Shown here piece after piece: positions 1 through 11,528 of a stretch of DNA of 64,000 bases. Under the pieces are notes generated by a model. It did not search any database. It had not been told where the DNA came from and saw only the letters and a program-made list of their open reading frames with translations. Origin of the DNA: Octopus vulgaris (lineage: Eukaryota); the NCBI GenBank assembly GCA_951406725.2, contig OX597816.1:100750001-100814000 (forward strand), written 5' to 3'. Positions within the stretch are counted from its first letter, which is position 1. Each line of letters opens with the position of its first letter. A program made the position numbers and the translations under genes.

Positions 1-756
1 CTTTCCAATCCCACCAGATACAAAGCAAGACTTTTTTAGGGTGAAAACCCGCTTTTGGGGTGGCTACGGGTAGCTCATGTAGCTTACTCCAGGATTGCTT
101 TCTCCGAACATTTTAGTAGATAATCCATTTCTCATCTCCTGTCACAATCTGCTTTAAAAAAGGTGCATTTTCATTCCATTTATAAAGTGAATCACAGATG
201 GAAATATGATGCTAAAGGTTCTTCTCACTCAACTCATGTGGTAACCAAACATTGTAGCAATTTTTGTACCCATGCTTTACCAGGTGCTCATGAACAACGG
301 ATTTTGATAGGTTGAGGCTTTCTGCCAATTCTCAGGTTGTGAAATCTGGGTTATTCTCGACTTGATTTGGTCATCATCTGCAGTGGATGGTCTGCCTGAT
401 CGCTCTTTATCAATAAAGCTACAATCTCCAGCTCAGAACCTTGCGAACCTCTTCTGTACTGTTCTTTTGGATAAAGAAACATCACCGTAAACTGCGCATA
501 TTTCTTTGGTTGCTTGTGAGGCATTTTTTCCTTTACGAAAAAAGAAAAGCATCTAGTGCCGAAAATAAAAACTTTATCTTCCATTTTAAAGGGTTACAGA
601 ATTAACACAGGTTATAGGAACAAAAACCGTCTTCCTCGAAAAGATAGCTTAAACTGTGCTCTAAATGGAGGTGCAGTCAAATCCTATTTTATGTTCTAAA
701 ATAAGTCGAAAGGCAAGCTACTATAAATCGGCATGAACTTTCCGGACAACCCAATA
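1..756 (-). mobile_element. Mariner (Tc1/mariner) transposon, 5' part, decayed; continues past the window start
   Basis: Minus-strand motifs VWLPHELSEKN, IVTGDEKWI and PKAGFHPKKVLLCIWWDWK with frameshifts and stops. TIR-like TATTGGGTTGTCCGGAAAGTTCATGCCGATTT at ~725-756 next to TA. Confidence 0.92.
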
Positions 757-1204
757 TAATATAGAAATGCATAAAAAAAAACTAAAATAACTATTTGATA
801 TTCCGGGAGGTAATACTTTTGAAACTTCCAGCTTCTTCCTTATTTTTTTAGATTTTATTTTGTTAAATATAAATATTTTGCCCCTCATATTAAATTGTGT
901 AGAAATCATTAAAAGTTATATGTTTTACTGTTTGTGCTTAATTATTGCTTATCTTCTACTTGATATAACTTTATAATAAACGTTGATTCATAAAATAACA
1001 GCATGATGATAGTATTATCAGTTATAACTTTTATCCCAGTACATTTAATTGAAATAGTATGATAAAAAAATTAAATGAAATTAACTTTCTGCTATCGTAT
1101 AAATGTTAGGCTTAATTACATATATACAAGTGTTTCAAAACTGGTATTTGCTTTTCTTCAGATATATGTTAACTTCATTTTCGTGTAAGAGTTGAGCCTT
1201 CTCA

Positions 1205-2760
1205 ACTACATCATCACTATCACCAACAAAATTTTTATATTTGATTTCCATGATAGCATGGCTTGACCTGGTCATTACAATCTGAGTCAGTTCTTATTCA
1301 GTGTACTCCCCACCCCACCCCCACAAATTGATTGGCAGGCTACAACCCACTGAAACCATTTTATTTTTAACTCCAACTACTTTACAATGTATACTGCGTG
1401 CATTGTAATGTGGCACCAGCACTAGTGAAACAATCATATCTTTGGACTGACTAAAGGAGCTTCTCAACTTTGTTTCCACTCAGTTGCTAAACGCTTTAAA
1501 GCGTGTACTAAGGATGCACTCACACTATTGAGATTTCCTTATGATTTTCAAGACTAAAAAATTCTCACTACTTGTGGTATCACCTTATGCTCAAGACAAA
1601 CTAACCAAGAAAGTGAACTGAAGAGGGAATGGGTAATAAAACTATGATAGGGCAGGAAGCAGAATGATTAGTAAGAGTAAGTAATGGAAGAGGATCAGTG
1701 CTAGAGAGAGAATATAAGGGAACAGAGTGATGGCACAGTAGATAAAAAAAGGGTGAAGGTGTATGATAGCGCATCAGGGAACAGCTGGAGTTTTAACAAA
1801 TGTATATTGTGCAAACAGTCAAAATACATGTGGGTGGCACTGGACAGAGACTCAACAAGGATATGTTGTGTCTCCTTCCCTCTATCACTATCATCTCTTT
1901 AACATTTGCTATACCTGCTTACATAAGTGGCTGAAGCTTCCCCAGTATACATGTCTCTAACTGTTGTGATCCTTTGTCATCTTTCTCATGAAGCTCATCA
2001 TCCTATAATCAATTTTTTGGCTCTGTATCTTCTTCAGTCTGCCATTTCTTTGGGTTCCATCAACCACTTTGAGTGCCTTGTACTTCTTTATACAGCTGTT
2101 ATCCTCAACATCTATCACATACCCATGTCATCATCGTCTTCTCTCTTGCTTGCTACATTTGATCTCTCAATACCCAGTTTTTCTCTCAACTCATTTGTGT
2201 TAGATTATTCATGCTGTATGCAAATAATACACATATAGCAGAGTATGCTGACCACACTTCTTTCTAGTTTTCATAAATCTTCTGCATTCACTACTTTTAT
2301 TTTGCTTTTATACATTATAGTTTATGTGCAATCATCTTACTATCTACTATTCACTCTTAGACAGAGAAACTTATTATTAGAAGAGGTGGTAGCTCTTTGA
2401 TCATTTCCATCTTATTCATATACTAGATACTCTGCTTTCAGCGAATTCACTTCCACTGTTAATTATATTAGCCATGTTAGAAAAAACTATTAGTTGTCTA
2501 GCATTTGAGGCAATCTATTTCACATGTACCTTCAGTATTTACTGCACCTTTGCATCTATTGTATGAGGTCTCCCTTCTCTTTCAGTCTGCCTACAATTAC
2601 ACTGTACCTCTTGTCCATGGTTTACACTGGGTTTATCATATAGAGTTTACAACATCTCTGCATATCAAAAACCATAGCTATTTCCTTGATGGTGGCAAGG
2701 TTTTGTCTGCTTTCTAATTTACTAAAGCTTTAGTCTGCTTTTACATTGAGGCCTCTCAAT
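1205..2760 (-). mobile_element. Old RTE-related LINE/SINE remnants
   Basis: Decayed (ATC)n tail and RTE-type 3' end near 1205-1400, a purine-rich block, and a degenerate QERR..HGYV (cf. QERRLRWYGHV) at ~2105-2150. Boundaries approximate. Confidence 0.45.
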
Positions 2761-5700
2761 TTCAGATTTTTCTTCTAGTTGTACATTAAACAGTAAGAAA
2801 ATTATTGTGATAGAGATGTAAAAGACTAAGAATTGTAGCTTACATAGTCTTAACATGACTGGGCCATTCACATTTTAAAATGAACATAGCTGTACATACT
2901 GAAATATAAAGACAGGTGGAGTGTACTATAAGCCTATTTAACTGTTACAATGTAGACAAGATGCATCTTATTCTTTAGTTTGTAATTTCAAGTTATTGTT
3001 TTGAAAATCAAGACTAGTTATTTAGAAATAAATACATTAAAATTTACATTGTTTCTATTTGAACATTATCGCCAAAATTTTAATAACTCTGAAAAAATAT
3101 TGATCAGAAAACATTTATAGTAAAACATTTGTAACATTTATGCAATTCATATATCACTTACTATTTCCATCTTCGTTCCATGTCAATTGTCATAATCACA
3201 TAACCAAGTTTAATTTGGATTCACTGCAATTTTTATCATAAAACACTCAGGCTGCAATGTTCTTTTGCTATGTCCACTCCAAAATCAAACATACATTAAC
3301 ATATATACAGTTAAATTTAATTATTCGATTCTTACAAAACTTACAAAGCTGTATATTTGTTTAGGTGTATGTTTTCACTTAGTGTACATCTACATACTCA
3401 CGTGCACATATAGAACTGTGTGTATGTATGTATGTCATCCTATGGATGTGAGTGTGTTTAAACATATGCTTACATTTATCTCATTGATTGCTTTGTATTA
3501 TTTGTGTGTCTTTCTATATGAGAAGCTAAGGGTTTAATAATTATCATTACACTAAATTGCTAATAAATTATAAAATGCTGTTAAACCCAAACTCATTGTT
3601 TTTTACAGAATTATTTGATTCAAACAATATCTATATTACTATTAAAAAAATGATTTATTGTGGGTTATCAGTTTCTTCTGATTTAGATGAATGTTTTACA
3701 ACACAGTTCACAACTGAACACATCTGTTTGCTCTTTCTCTATGTACAATTGAGTATATAATCTCTTTTTACTATCTTTTAATTCTGGGTTATTTTTGATA
3801 TATACATTGCAAAATTATGATTTTACAATGCTCTTTAGTTTAGTTATTTCTTGGGTCAGTACAAAGCAACACCTTAAGATCAATTAAACATGATTACAAT
3901 TACTTCTATAGTTATCATTTCAAAAATTGCATTCAAGGTGTTATTAAGGTGGCGGGTTATAAAAAAATAGAGCATTAAATAAGATAGTTTGTGGCATTTA
4001 GTTGCATTCTTTTACACTTTTCAAAGTTGATAAAATAATAGACAGTTATTGGATTGACTAAATCAACTATATTTTATTCTAAAATGCATGGCCTTATGTG
4101 AGCCAATGTTATAAAATATTATGAAATAAAAACAACAAAATAAAACTAGATACACTAATAAAATTAGATCATAAGAAAAACAAGAATATGGAAAATTTAT
4201 ATGGAATGTTCCTGTCAATCGAAACAATGAATATCATGTTTATTGTAATGTATAATTAAAATCTTTTAATTTTTATCTTATTGCATATTATTTTTTTTAT
4301 ATTAACATGACAATTCTAAATATAGTAGACTCTCCTATTTCAGTTGAGTCAAATATCCTTGATGAAAAAAGTTTCATTAACTATAAAGTAAAACCAAATT
4401 ATTATGCTACACCAAACATTGAAGTCCTTAAGCTCCCTAGATATAGCATGACACACACAATTCTGTTTACCTGCTTTGTTTCATTCCTATATTGCATGCA
4501 TATATTCTGTTGTTTTCCACTTTCACAGTTTCTTCTAAGAAATATACTGTTGTGAAAGTCCCCTCTGATATTGCATGTAATATTTTCTGCGTGATGTAAT
4601 TTTTTTTTTCTTTTCTGTTATTACTATTATTATTTCTGTGCAATTTAATGTTTAAATCTTTGCAAAAACTTTTAACAGATGTGTTTAATAGCATTTCGTT
4701 GCTCTCAAAGACTGCTATAACTACTACCACTATACTCACTACAACACCCACAACATATACTAATATTCACTAGAAAATGTAATTTCATTTTGTAGTTGAA
4801 ATAGGTTTTCTAAATTTTTATTTATAGAAATCAATGGACCAATGATCACTAATACATTATTCATTTTCTCTGTTTTGGATTTTTCTATTCTTTATACCAA
4901 AGTAGAATCTGGTATCATTTTGAAAGAAATGGGGCTTGAAAACTGTTGTTTTATTGCATTCCAATTTATATCATGAAAACAGAAATTCTATACATAAAAA
5001 TCTCTGTGGAAACTACTTTAAATAGATAATGGCAACACTGCTGTATGAATGGTGTTTAGAGGAGATAGTTAGTCCAGAGTATAAAGTCTTGTTGTTATAT
5101 AAATAGGAAAATTACTAGTATCTAAGCAATCTTTTAAGAACTATGTTCTGCTGATCACATAAAATTCCATAAATTATGTTTTCAAATAAAATCCAACTTG
5201 TTTGTAATGTAATATTAGACTGAAATCTGTCCCAACCAACTGAGAAAAGGTTGACTGTATTTCTATAGCTAAAACAGAATATCTAAGTAAACCAGTAGAT
5301 AAGACATATTGTAGTTAAGATTTTTATACACACTTACTAGATGTTATATGTGCTGGCTAACATACCTTTTAATTTGAGTTCTGCATTATACAAAATAAAA
5401 AACAAAAATTTCAATTCATGAAGAAAATTTCTAGAAATTTTTGCAAAGATTTTAAATCTCATTGAATTAACACTTTTATTCATTTTTAAAAGTTTTAAAT
5501 ATTGTAAAATAATTCCATGTTATTACTTAACATCTGATCATATTTACTATTAACTGTTTAAAAGCAGTTTGTTAGTATAATGGTGACATTAAAATTTAAG
5601 TTGGGAAGTATAATTCAAATGATTGCCTGTATATGTGGCCCTTGCAATGAACAATGGAAGAATACAATCAATATCCAATTTTACTCTTTTGCTGTTGATC

Positions 5701-6469
5701 ATAAAGGCCATAAATCTGGTAATCATTTTTCTTACTTAAATTCACTATGATCAAATCTAAAATGATGCTTCTTTTATTCTGTATATGTAAATCCACAATT
5801 TATTTCTCCCAACATGAAAAGTAATTAGTCTCTTTAAGCTGAGAAAAGATATCTTGTAACTGTTTTACTATTTATGAAAGTATTAGGTATATCAACAAAT
5901 ACATTGATTTCAGATTATTTTTCATACAAAGTTCAGAGTATTTTATGAAAAGCATATTTAAACATTAAATATTCTCAAATGATGGTGATATTAGTTGTCA
6001 TATCAACTGTGTTCCATCAATCTTTGTATAGCATTTCTCTTTAAAAGAAGCTTATATCACCATCTGATATCTCTCAGCTTCGTGTTAAACAATATCAGTG
6101 ACCCACTCAAATGTTAAACTTTCAACTTTAAACTTTTTGTATAGTATTGTTTTACTAATGTTTACAAAGCAAGTATGAGAAAGATTGGAAGAGAAGTAAT
6201 ACATATGATTTAGAATGACAAATTTTTCAACTAAACTGTATGGAACAAATAAATATGAAGAGATTTACAACAAATACAGTTTAGAAATACAGTTTAGAAA
6301 ATATGCAATAAAAATGCTTGATCAGTTTTAGTAAAGTTTTGCTTCATTTTATATTTGCATTTACAAACCTAAATATCATTAACAGAGCAAACTTCTACAC
6401 TTCTATTTTCTAATCAGATGCTAACTACTAAGAGACCCAATTTGCACCCAATTTCCAGTATCCATGCAA

Positions 6470-6515
<46 letters not shown>

Positions 6516-6623
6516 AAAAAATGAAGTTCGAAAATGCTACTGTATTATGCAATTTTTAATTTTTATATATACATTATAACATGTTTCAGTTCCTGAAATG
6601 AACTTATGTGTGTGTGTGTGTGT

Positions 6624-6669
6624 GTGCTAGCGCGGAAAACGGACGTTAAACGATGATGATGATGATGAT
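6624..6669 (+). repeat. Very short 3'-terminal fragment of the RTE family with (GAT)n tail
   Basis: gctagcgcggaaaacggacgttaaac(gat)n, the same terminus as the copy ending at 25063; inverted against the adjacent element. Confidence 0.85.
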
Positions 6670-6678
6670 ATATATAAT

Positions 6679-7435
6679 ATCATCATCATCATCATCGTTT
6701 AATGTTCGTTTTCCGTGCTAGCACAGGTTGGATGGTTCGACCGGGGTCTGGGAAGCCAGGAGGCTGCACCAGGCTCCAGTCTGATCTGACAGTGTTTCTA
6801 CAGCTGGATGTCCTTCCTAATGCCAACCACTCCGTGAGTGTAGATGGTGCCAGGGGAGGCTGGCAGCATCCACGATCGGTTGGTGCTTTTTACGTGCCAC
6901 CAGCACAGGAGCCAGTCAAGGCGGCGCTGGCATCAGCCACGTTCGGATGGTGCTTTTTACATGCCATCAGCACAGGTATCACAACTACTATTTCCATTGA
7001 TATTTATTTCAATGTTCATGTACTTGACTCAATAGGTCTCCTCAAGCACAGCAGGTTGTTCTGAAATCCAAGGGACTTTGAATGGGCTGGGGCTATGCGG
7101 AACTGGTGCAGGAAGCAGCCCGGGCCTTTGCAGTCACAGTATATCTACAGAGATCTCGGTCCTTCGTCATTGCCTCTGTGAAGCCCAACACTCTGAGGTC
7201 ATGCTTGACTACCTCATCCCATGTCTTCCTGGGTCTACCTCTCCTCCTGATACCTTCAACTGTTTGGGAGCGGCACTTCTTCACACATCTCTCCTCATCC
7301 ATCCGCAGTACATGACCATACCATCGCAAGCGTCTCTCTTGCACACCACATCTGATGCTTCTTATGTCCAGCATTTCTCTCAGGGTGCTTACACTCTGTC
7401 ATGCGTGCACACTGACATTACACATCCAGCGGATC
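6679..7435 (-). mobile_element. RTE-clade LINE, 5'-truncated (ORF C-terminus, 3' UTR, (GAT)n tail)
   Basis: ORF 7093-7374 contains QERRLRWYGHVLRMDEERCVKK...GRPRKTWDEVVKHDL, a typical RTE C-terminus; (atc)n tail at 6679-6696. Confidence 0.92.
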
Positions 7436-7551
7436 ATAAATTCATACATATATATATATATTATATATATAAATTCATACACATATATATACATATATAT
7501 ATATGAAAAAACAAGTCAAAATAGAAAATGCTAAAATAATTTTATAAAGAA

Positions 7552-7599
7552 CATTTCAGTACTGGTTTCGGTCATTTTGAGACCTTTTCAACTGTAACG
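7552..7599 (-). ncRNA. Minimal type I hammerhead ribozyme-like motif, U3-A8 core variant
   Basis: Minus strand reads CGTTACAG TTGAAAA GGTC TCAAAAT GACC GAAA C CA G TA CTGAAATG: stem I 7 of 8 pairs, core UUGAAAA, 4-bp stem II, GAAA, near-palindromic stem III, GUA triplet. Confidence 0.62.
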
Positions 7600-7830
7600 A
7601 TTAAATAATTAAATTTAGAAAAATTAAAAGAAAAGTTTTTTTAAAGGAATATTTGTATAGTGTTCAAATATAAGTGGCATTCTGCCTTTCTCTGTCTCCC
7701 TTGTTTGCACTTGTGTGTTCGAGGCTGTATACATATATATAAATTGATATATATAAATAGATATATATAAATAGATATATATAAATACATATATATAAAT
7801 GATATATATATAATATATAAATACATATAT

Positions 7831-7874
<44 letters not shown>

Positions 7875-8414
7875 CATACATACATGTATACACACACACA
7901 CACAAATAACACAACAAAACTTCTTGATTTCATAGAGGAGTAAGTTCTTTTAAGAAGCATTAACTACCTTGACTTGGAGGCCTCATTAATGGCTTTTAAC
8001 ATTGGAAAGTAATTTATGTGATTAGAAATGTTAAATATATAATCTTCAGCTTTGTATGTTTTGATTCTGCCATAACATCAGAATTTTGTCTTAAAATATT
8101 TATTCTTAGTAATTTTTTTTTTTATTTGTAGTATTTCATTCCTTTTTTAATAAGAATAATCTCGCTCTCTTCCAAACTTTCTTAACCTAATTTTATAGAA
8201 ATTATATTTTGAGAATTAAAAATATATATTTGGTTGTTGTATAAGCTAGTATATATTTACATTTTTCAAATAGAAAACTGTAAAACAAAAAACTAATTAT
8301 ATATTTAACCATTTATTTTATATTTTCCTCTTTAATATTTCTTTTTCAATCTGGTCAATTACTTTTGCATATATTAAAAAGTGGTTAAACAAGGTATATC
8401 CTTTTCCTTGACAG

Positions 8415-8558
8415 GCACCATCACAGATAGAACTGGAGAACTGGATCCGTGCCATTCATTCAGCGTGTGCATCGCTGTTTGCAAGGCAGCATGGGAAAGA
8501 TAACACCCTGAAGTTGCTTAAAAGTGAAATTCAGAGATTGGAAACTAACATAGATATG
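8415..8558 (+). CDS. TIAM1: Tiam1/still life-like Rac GEF, internal exon (end of N-terminal PH domain, start of coiled coil)
   Basis: Acceptor cttttccttgacAG, donor ATG|GTgatt, 144 nt, phase 0-0. Translates [48 protein letters not shown], matching the Tiam1 segment as I recall it (SQTELENWITAIHSACA...TLRLLKSEIKKLEQKIDM). Confidence 0.95.
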
Positions 8559-8605
8559 GTGATTTCCCTTATGTATTTGGATAAATCCTTCACCTGAATG
8601 AAATA

Positions 8606-9424
8606 TGAGGGGGTACCCAAAAGAAACCGGAATTTTGCAATATTATTTTATTCTTTTGATTTAATATGTTTACACTTTTATCATCTTTGAAGTATTCTCC
8701 ATTTGAAGCAATGCATTGATCCAGATATGTTATCCACTGTTCGAGGCAGTGCTAGAACTCTTGCAAACTGATGCCTTTTAACACCTCCATCATTTTTTTC
8801 TTCACCTCTTCCACATCTGCTAATTCTGTAATTCTGTAGCACCAGCTTTAGTCACCAGTGATGACCTCCAAAGAAAGGTCTAGATCAACTTCCAAACATT
8901 CTTTCAGTTCACAACATGCATTCAATTATGACTGCTTTTGATCTTCTCTGAGCAAGCAAGGCACAAATTTTGGTGCAATTCTTTTCATTCACAATTCTTT
9001 ACTTCAGGACACACCAGTCTTATCAACAGGTTCATCAACTGTTTGGTGACAGTCCTCTAAGATCAGTTCATGAATCTTCATGTTCCTAGATCATGAAAAC
9101 TAGTCATAAACTTGTCTTTTGCTCATAGTAGTAGCCTTGTAAGCTATTTGAAGCATGACAACTTTTTCAGCTACCGTTTTCCCGAGTAGAAAACAATTTC
9201 ACAGAAGCACACTGTTCCTTCATTTCAGCCATAGCAAAAATTGACAAACAGGGGAGAAGCACTGCAAAACGAAGCACCACATGGCAGTATGACCTCAGTG
9301 GACAATGTTGGTCAGCAGATTGATGCCTGAGGGTCACATCAAGTGGCTTCTTGCAGCAGAAGCTTGAACTACAATGGGCTTGTTCCACAAAGAACATTTC
9401 CGGTTACTTTTGCGTACCCCCTCA
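8606..9424 (-). mobile_element. Internally deleted mariner element with both TIRs and TA target duplication
   Basis: Left TA|TGAGGGGGTACCCAAAAGAAACCGGAA, right TTCCGGTTACTTTTGCGTACCCCCTCA|TA. Transposase N-terminus (MAEMKEQCASVK...) and C-terminus (...QCIASNGEYFKD) remnants on the minus strand. Confidence 0.92.
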
Positions 9425-9569
9425 TAATGTGTTTTCAATATTCTATTTATTTCAGACAATCTCTCTTTCTTTCTCTCTCTCTCTTTCTCTCTCTCTCTCT
9501 GTTTAAGTGTCGGCTTGTCATTGTAGTTGATTGCTTCTCAGCATGTAATCCTAAGTCTGATATCACAGA

Positions 9570-10046
9570 ATAGTACCTTCGAAGTTGACGTCTGTTATAC
9601 CCACAAGTTGACTAACACTCTAGAAGTAGAATTTGCAAGCTGAAAAACCCTGCAGATAATGCACACACTTCTCTAAAGTTCACCCCCTGCAGGAACAATG
9701 GTCTGACAATCTCAAATCATATGAACAGCCACACCATCAATAAGTTCTGGAGGATTCATATAAATATCTTCCAATAATTCAGCTAACTGTAACTGTTACT
9801 ACCAACTTACAGAGGTTGACTTCCTGGATATAACCCTAGACCTCAAAACAGGCAAGCACACTTCTTACAGAAAGCCCAGTGGTGTAACTCTTTATATTCA
9901 TTGACCATCCACCACTCCCCATCTGTCCACCATTCATTTTATATCTCTCCACTAATATAGACATCATTCTCATGATGCCAAGTTTAGCTGCTCTTCCTAG
10001 CTACTCTTTCTTAGATAATATTACTTCAAATATTGCACACTACAAT

Positions 10047-10092
<46 letters not shown>

Positions 10093-10720
10093 ACACACAC
10101 ACAGAGTCTTCACCCAACACTCCAGCCTGTAACTTCCAAACTCCTACTAACTGCCTATTGAAAAGATCTTGACTCTCAAAAGCTTGTAGTCTATGGAACC
10201 TGTCTCACACTATCCAGTGATATTATGTGACACTAAATGACCATGACAGTCAGTGACTTAAAGAGAAGTTACATGCATTACATGTACTCCTTCAGATATA
10301 GGGACAAGGAAAACTCTACCTCCCTTTCCTTGTCCTGGAGATTCCAGGGTGATAGAGATGATTTCCACAACATCATATAGAACATCTTTGATACGACCCC
10401 TGCTTGCTCACCTAGAACCTGTTCTTTCCAAAACTGCCTCTGTAAGACTCTGAACATATGCCACCAACCTAAGGTTGTCTTAAAGCTCAGGGGCCCCATG
10501 GGTCTAGGAACCCAATTCTGACTTAAGTATGTTGTGGCTTGCTGTCAATAAATACTATAGGGCCCATTGCATTGATTTGCCTAAGGGCCCACTATGCTAC
10601 TGAGGTGGCTCTGCACCAACCCACAGTATCCATCAATAGGAAAACTGACCTATCTTATTTGTTTTCAACAGAGGTATGCCCTGTTAATGAAACATGTTAT
10701 TACATACTGATAACCTGGAT
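9570..10720 (+). mobile_element. Penelope-like retroelement remnant (RT C-terminus and GIY-YIG region), interrupted by (CA)n and a small insert
   Basis: EVDFLDITLDLKTGKHTSYRKPSGVTLYIH* at ~9812-9904, ACNFQTPTNCLL (CNC..CPL-like linker) at ~10125, and YMYSFRYRDKENSTSLS at ~10280-10330. Confidence 0.78.
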
Positions 10721-11528
10721 ATACTATGGAAAGGGGCATTGCAGATGAAAAAAATTACCTCTTTTAATAAAGTGGGTTTGCTTAGTTAGGTAATGAGATT
10801 CATCATAAGTTAAGTAAGATAGATTGAAATGCAGGTCCCTGAACATGAGTTTGGAATCAGCATTCTATTTAGAGTTAATTCAAACTCATCAACAAAGTAA
10901 CTTATTCTGTCTGATGTCAGATTTTGCAATTATTGAAGTGGTAACTGTGGTTTAAGTGAGAAGACAAACTAGTTGAAATGTTAAGATATTTTCATCTTTT
11001 TGAAGTGTAATTAAGAGAGACACTCCTAGTACAACTGTTATTACGAGATCAATTATTGTACCAGGAATAGTAATTTTGAAGACAAGATTTGCTTTCACTT
11101 TACTTGATTAAAATCTCATATATCTACATCTAAAAAGAATTCATATTCATTTAATTTTAATGCAAATAGTCTGTACTATTTGCATTACAAACAGAATAAT
11201 ATAATAATGTATATTTAATCCAATTAAACTTACATACGTTTCGATTAGTGCAATTATTACTACAGATTAAACTTGTTTGTCTTTACTTAAATACTACTCG
11301 TTGATTCAGGCTTGGTTATATTTATGATCTAAAACCAATTTTTACTTGATATATGTGTAATGTAGGGTAGGTACATGCACAATCTCAAGTCTTGTTTATG
11401 TGTTTACACCTGAATGCATGTGTTTATAAGAAAGAAAACAAAATGTGAATTTAGCTCAATTTTAACATTCATTACAATTGTTCCTGTATTACTTTGTTTC
11501 TAACCACGTTGCATGTAATTCTATATAA

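Noticed and set aside
4529-4580. Exon candidate after the ttttccactttcacAG acceptor
   Set aside because: Phase 0, required by the next exon, hits a stop after eight codons, and the peptide is not PH-like.
6560-6606. Second hammerhead on the minus strand (agttc...gaact GAAACATGTTA)
   Set aside because: The stem II/GAAA/palindrome half is present, but the CUGANGA half is replaced by (CA)n and an insertion, so it cannot be supported.
10847-10889. Hairpin after the Penelope-like remnant as a ribozyme
   Set aside because: The atgagtttg/caaactcat stem is present, but there is no correctly placed CUGANGA plus GAAA core on either strand.
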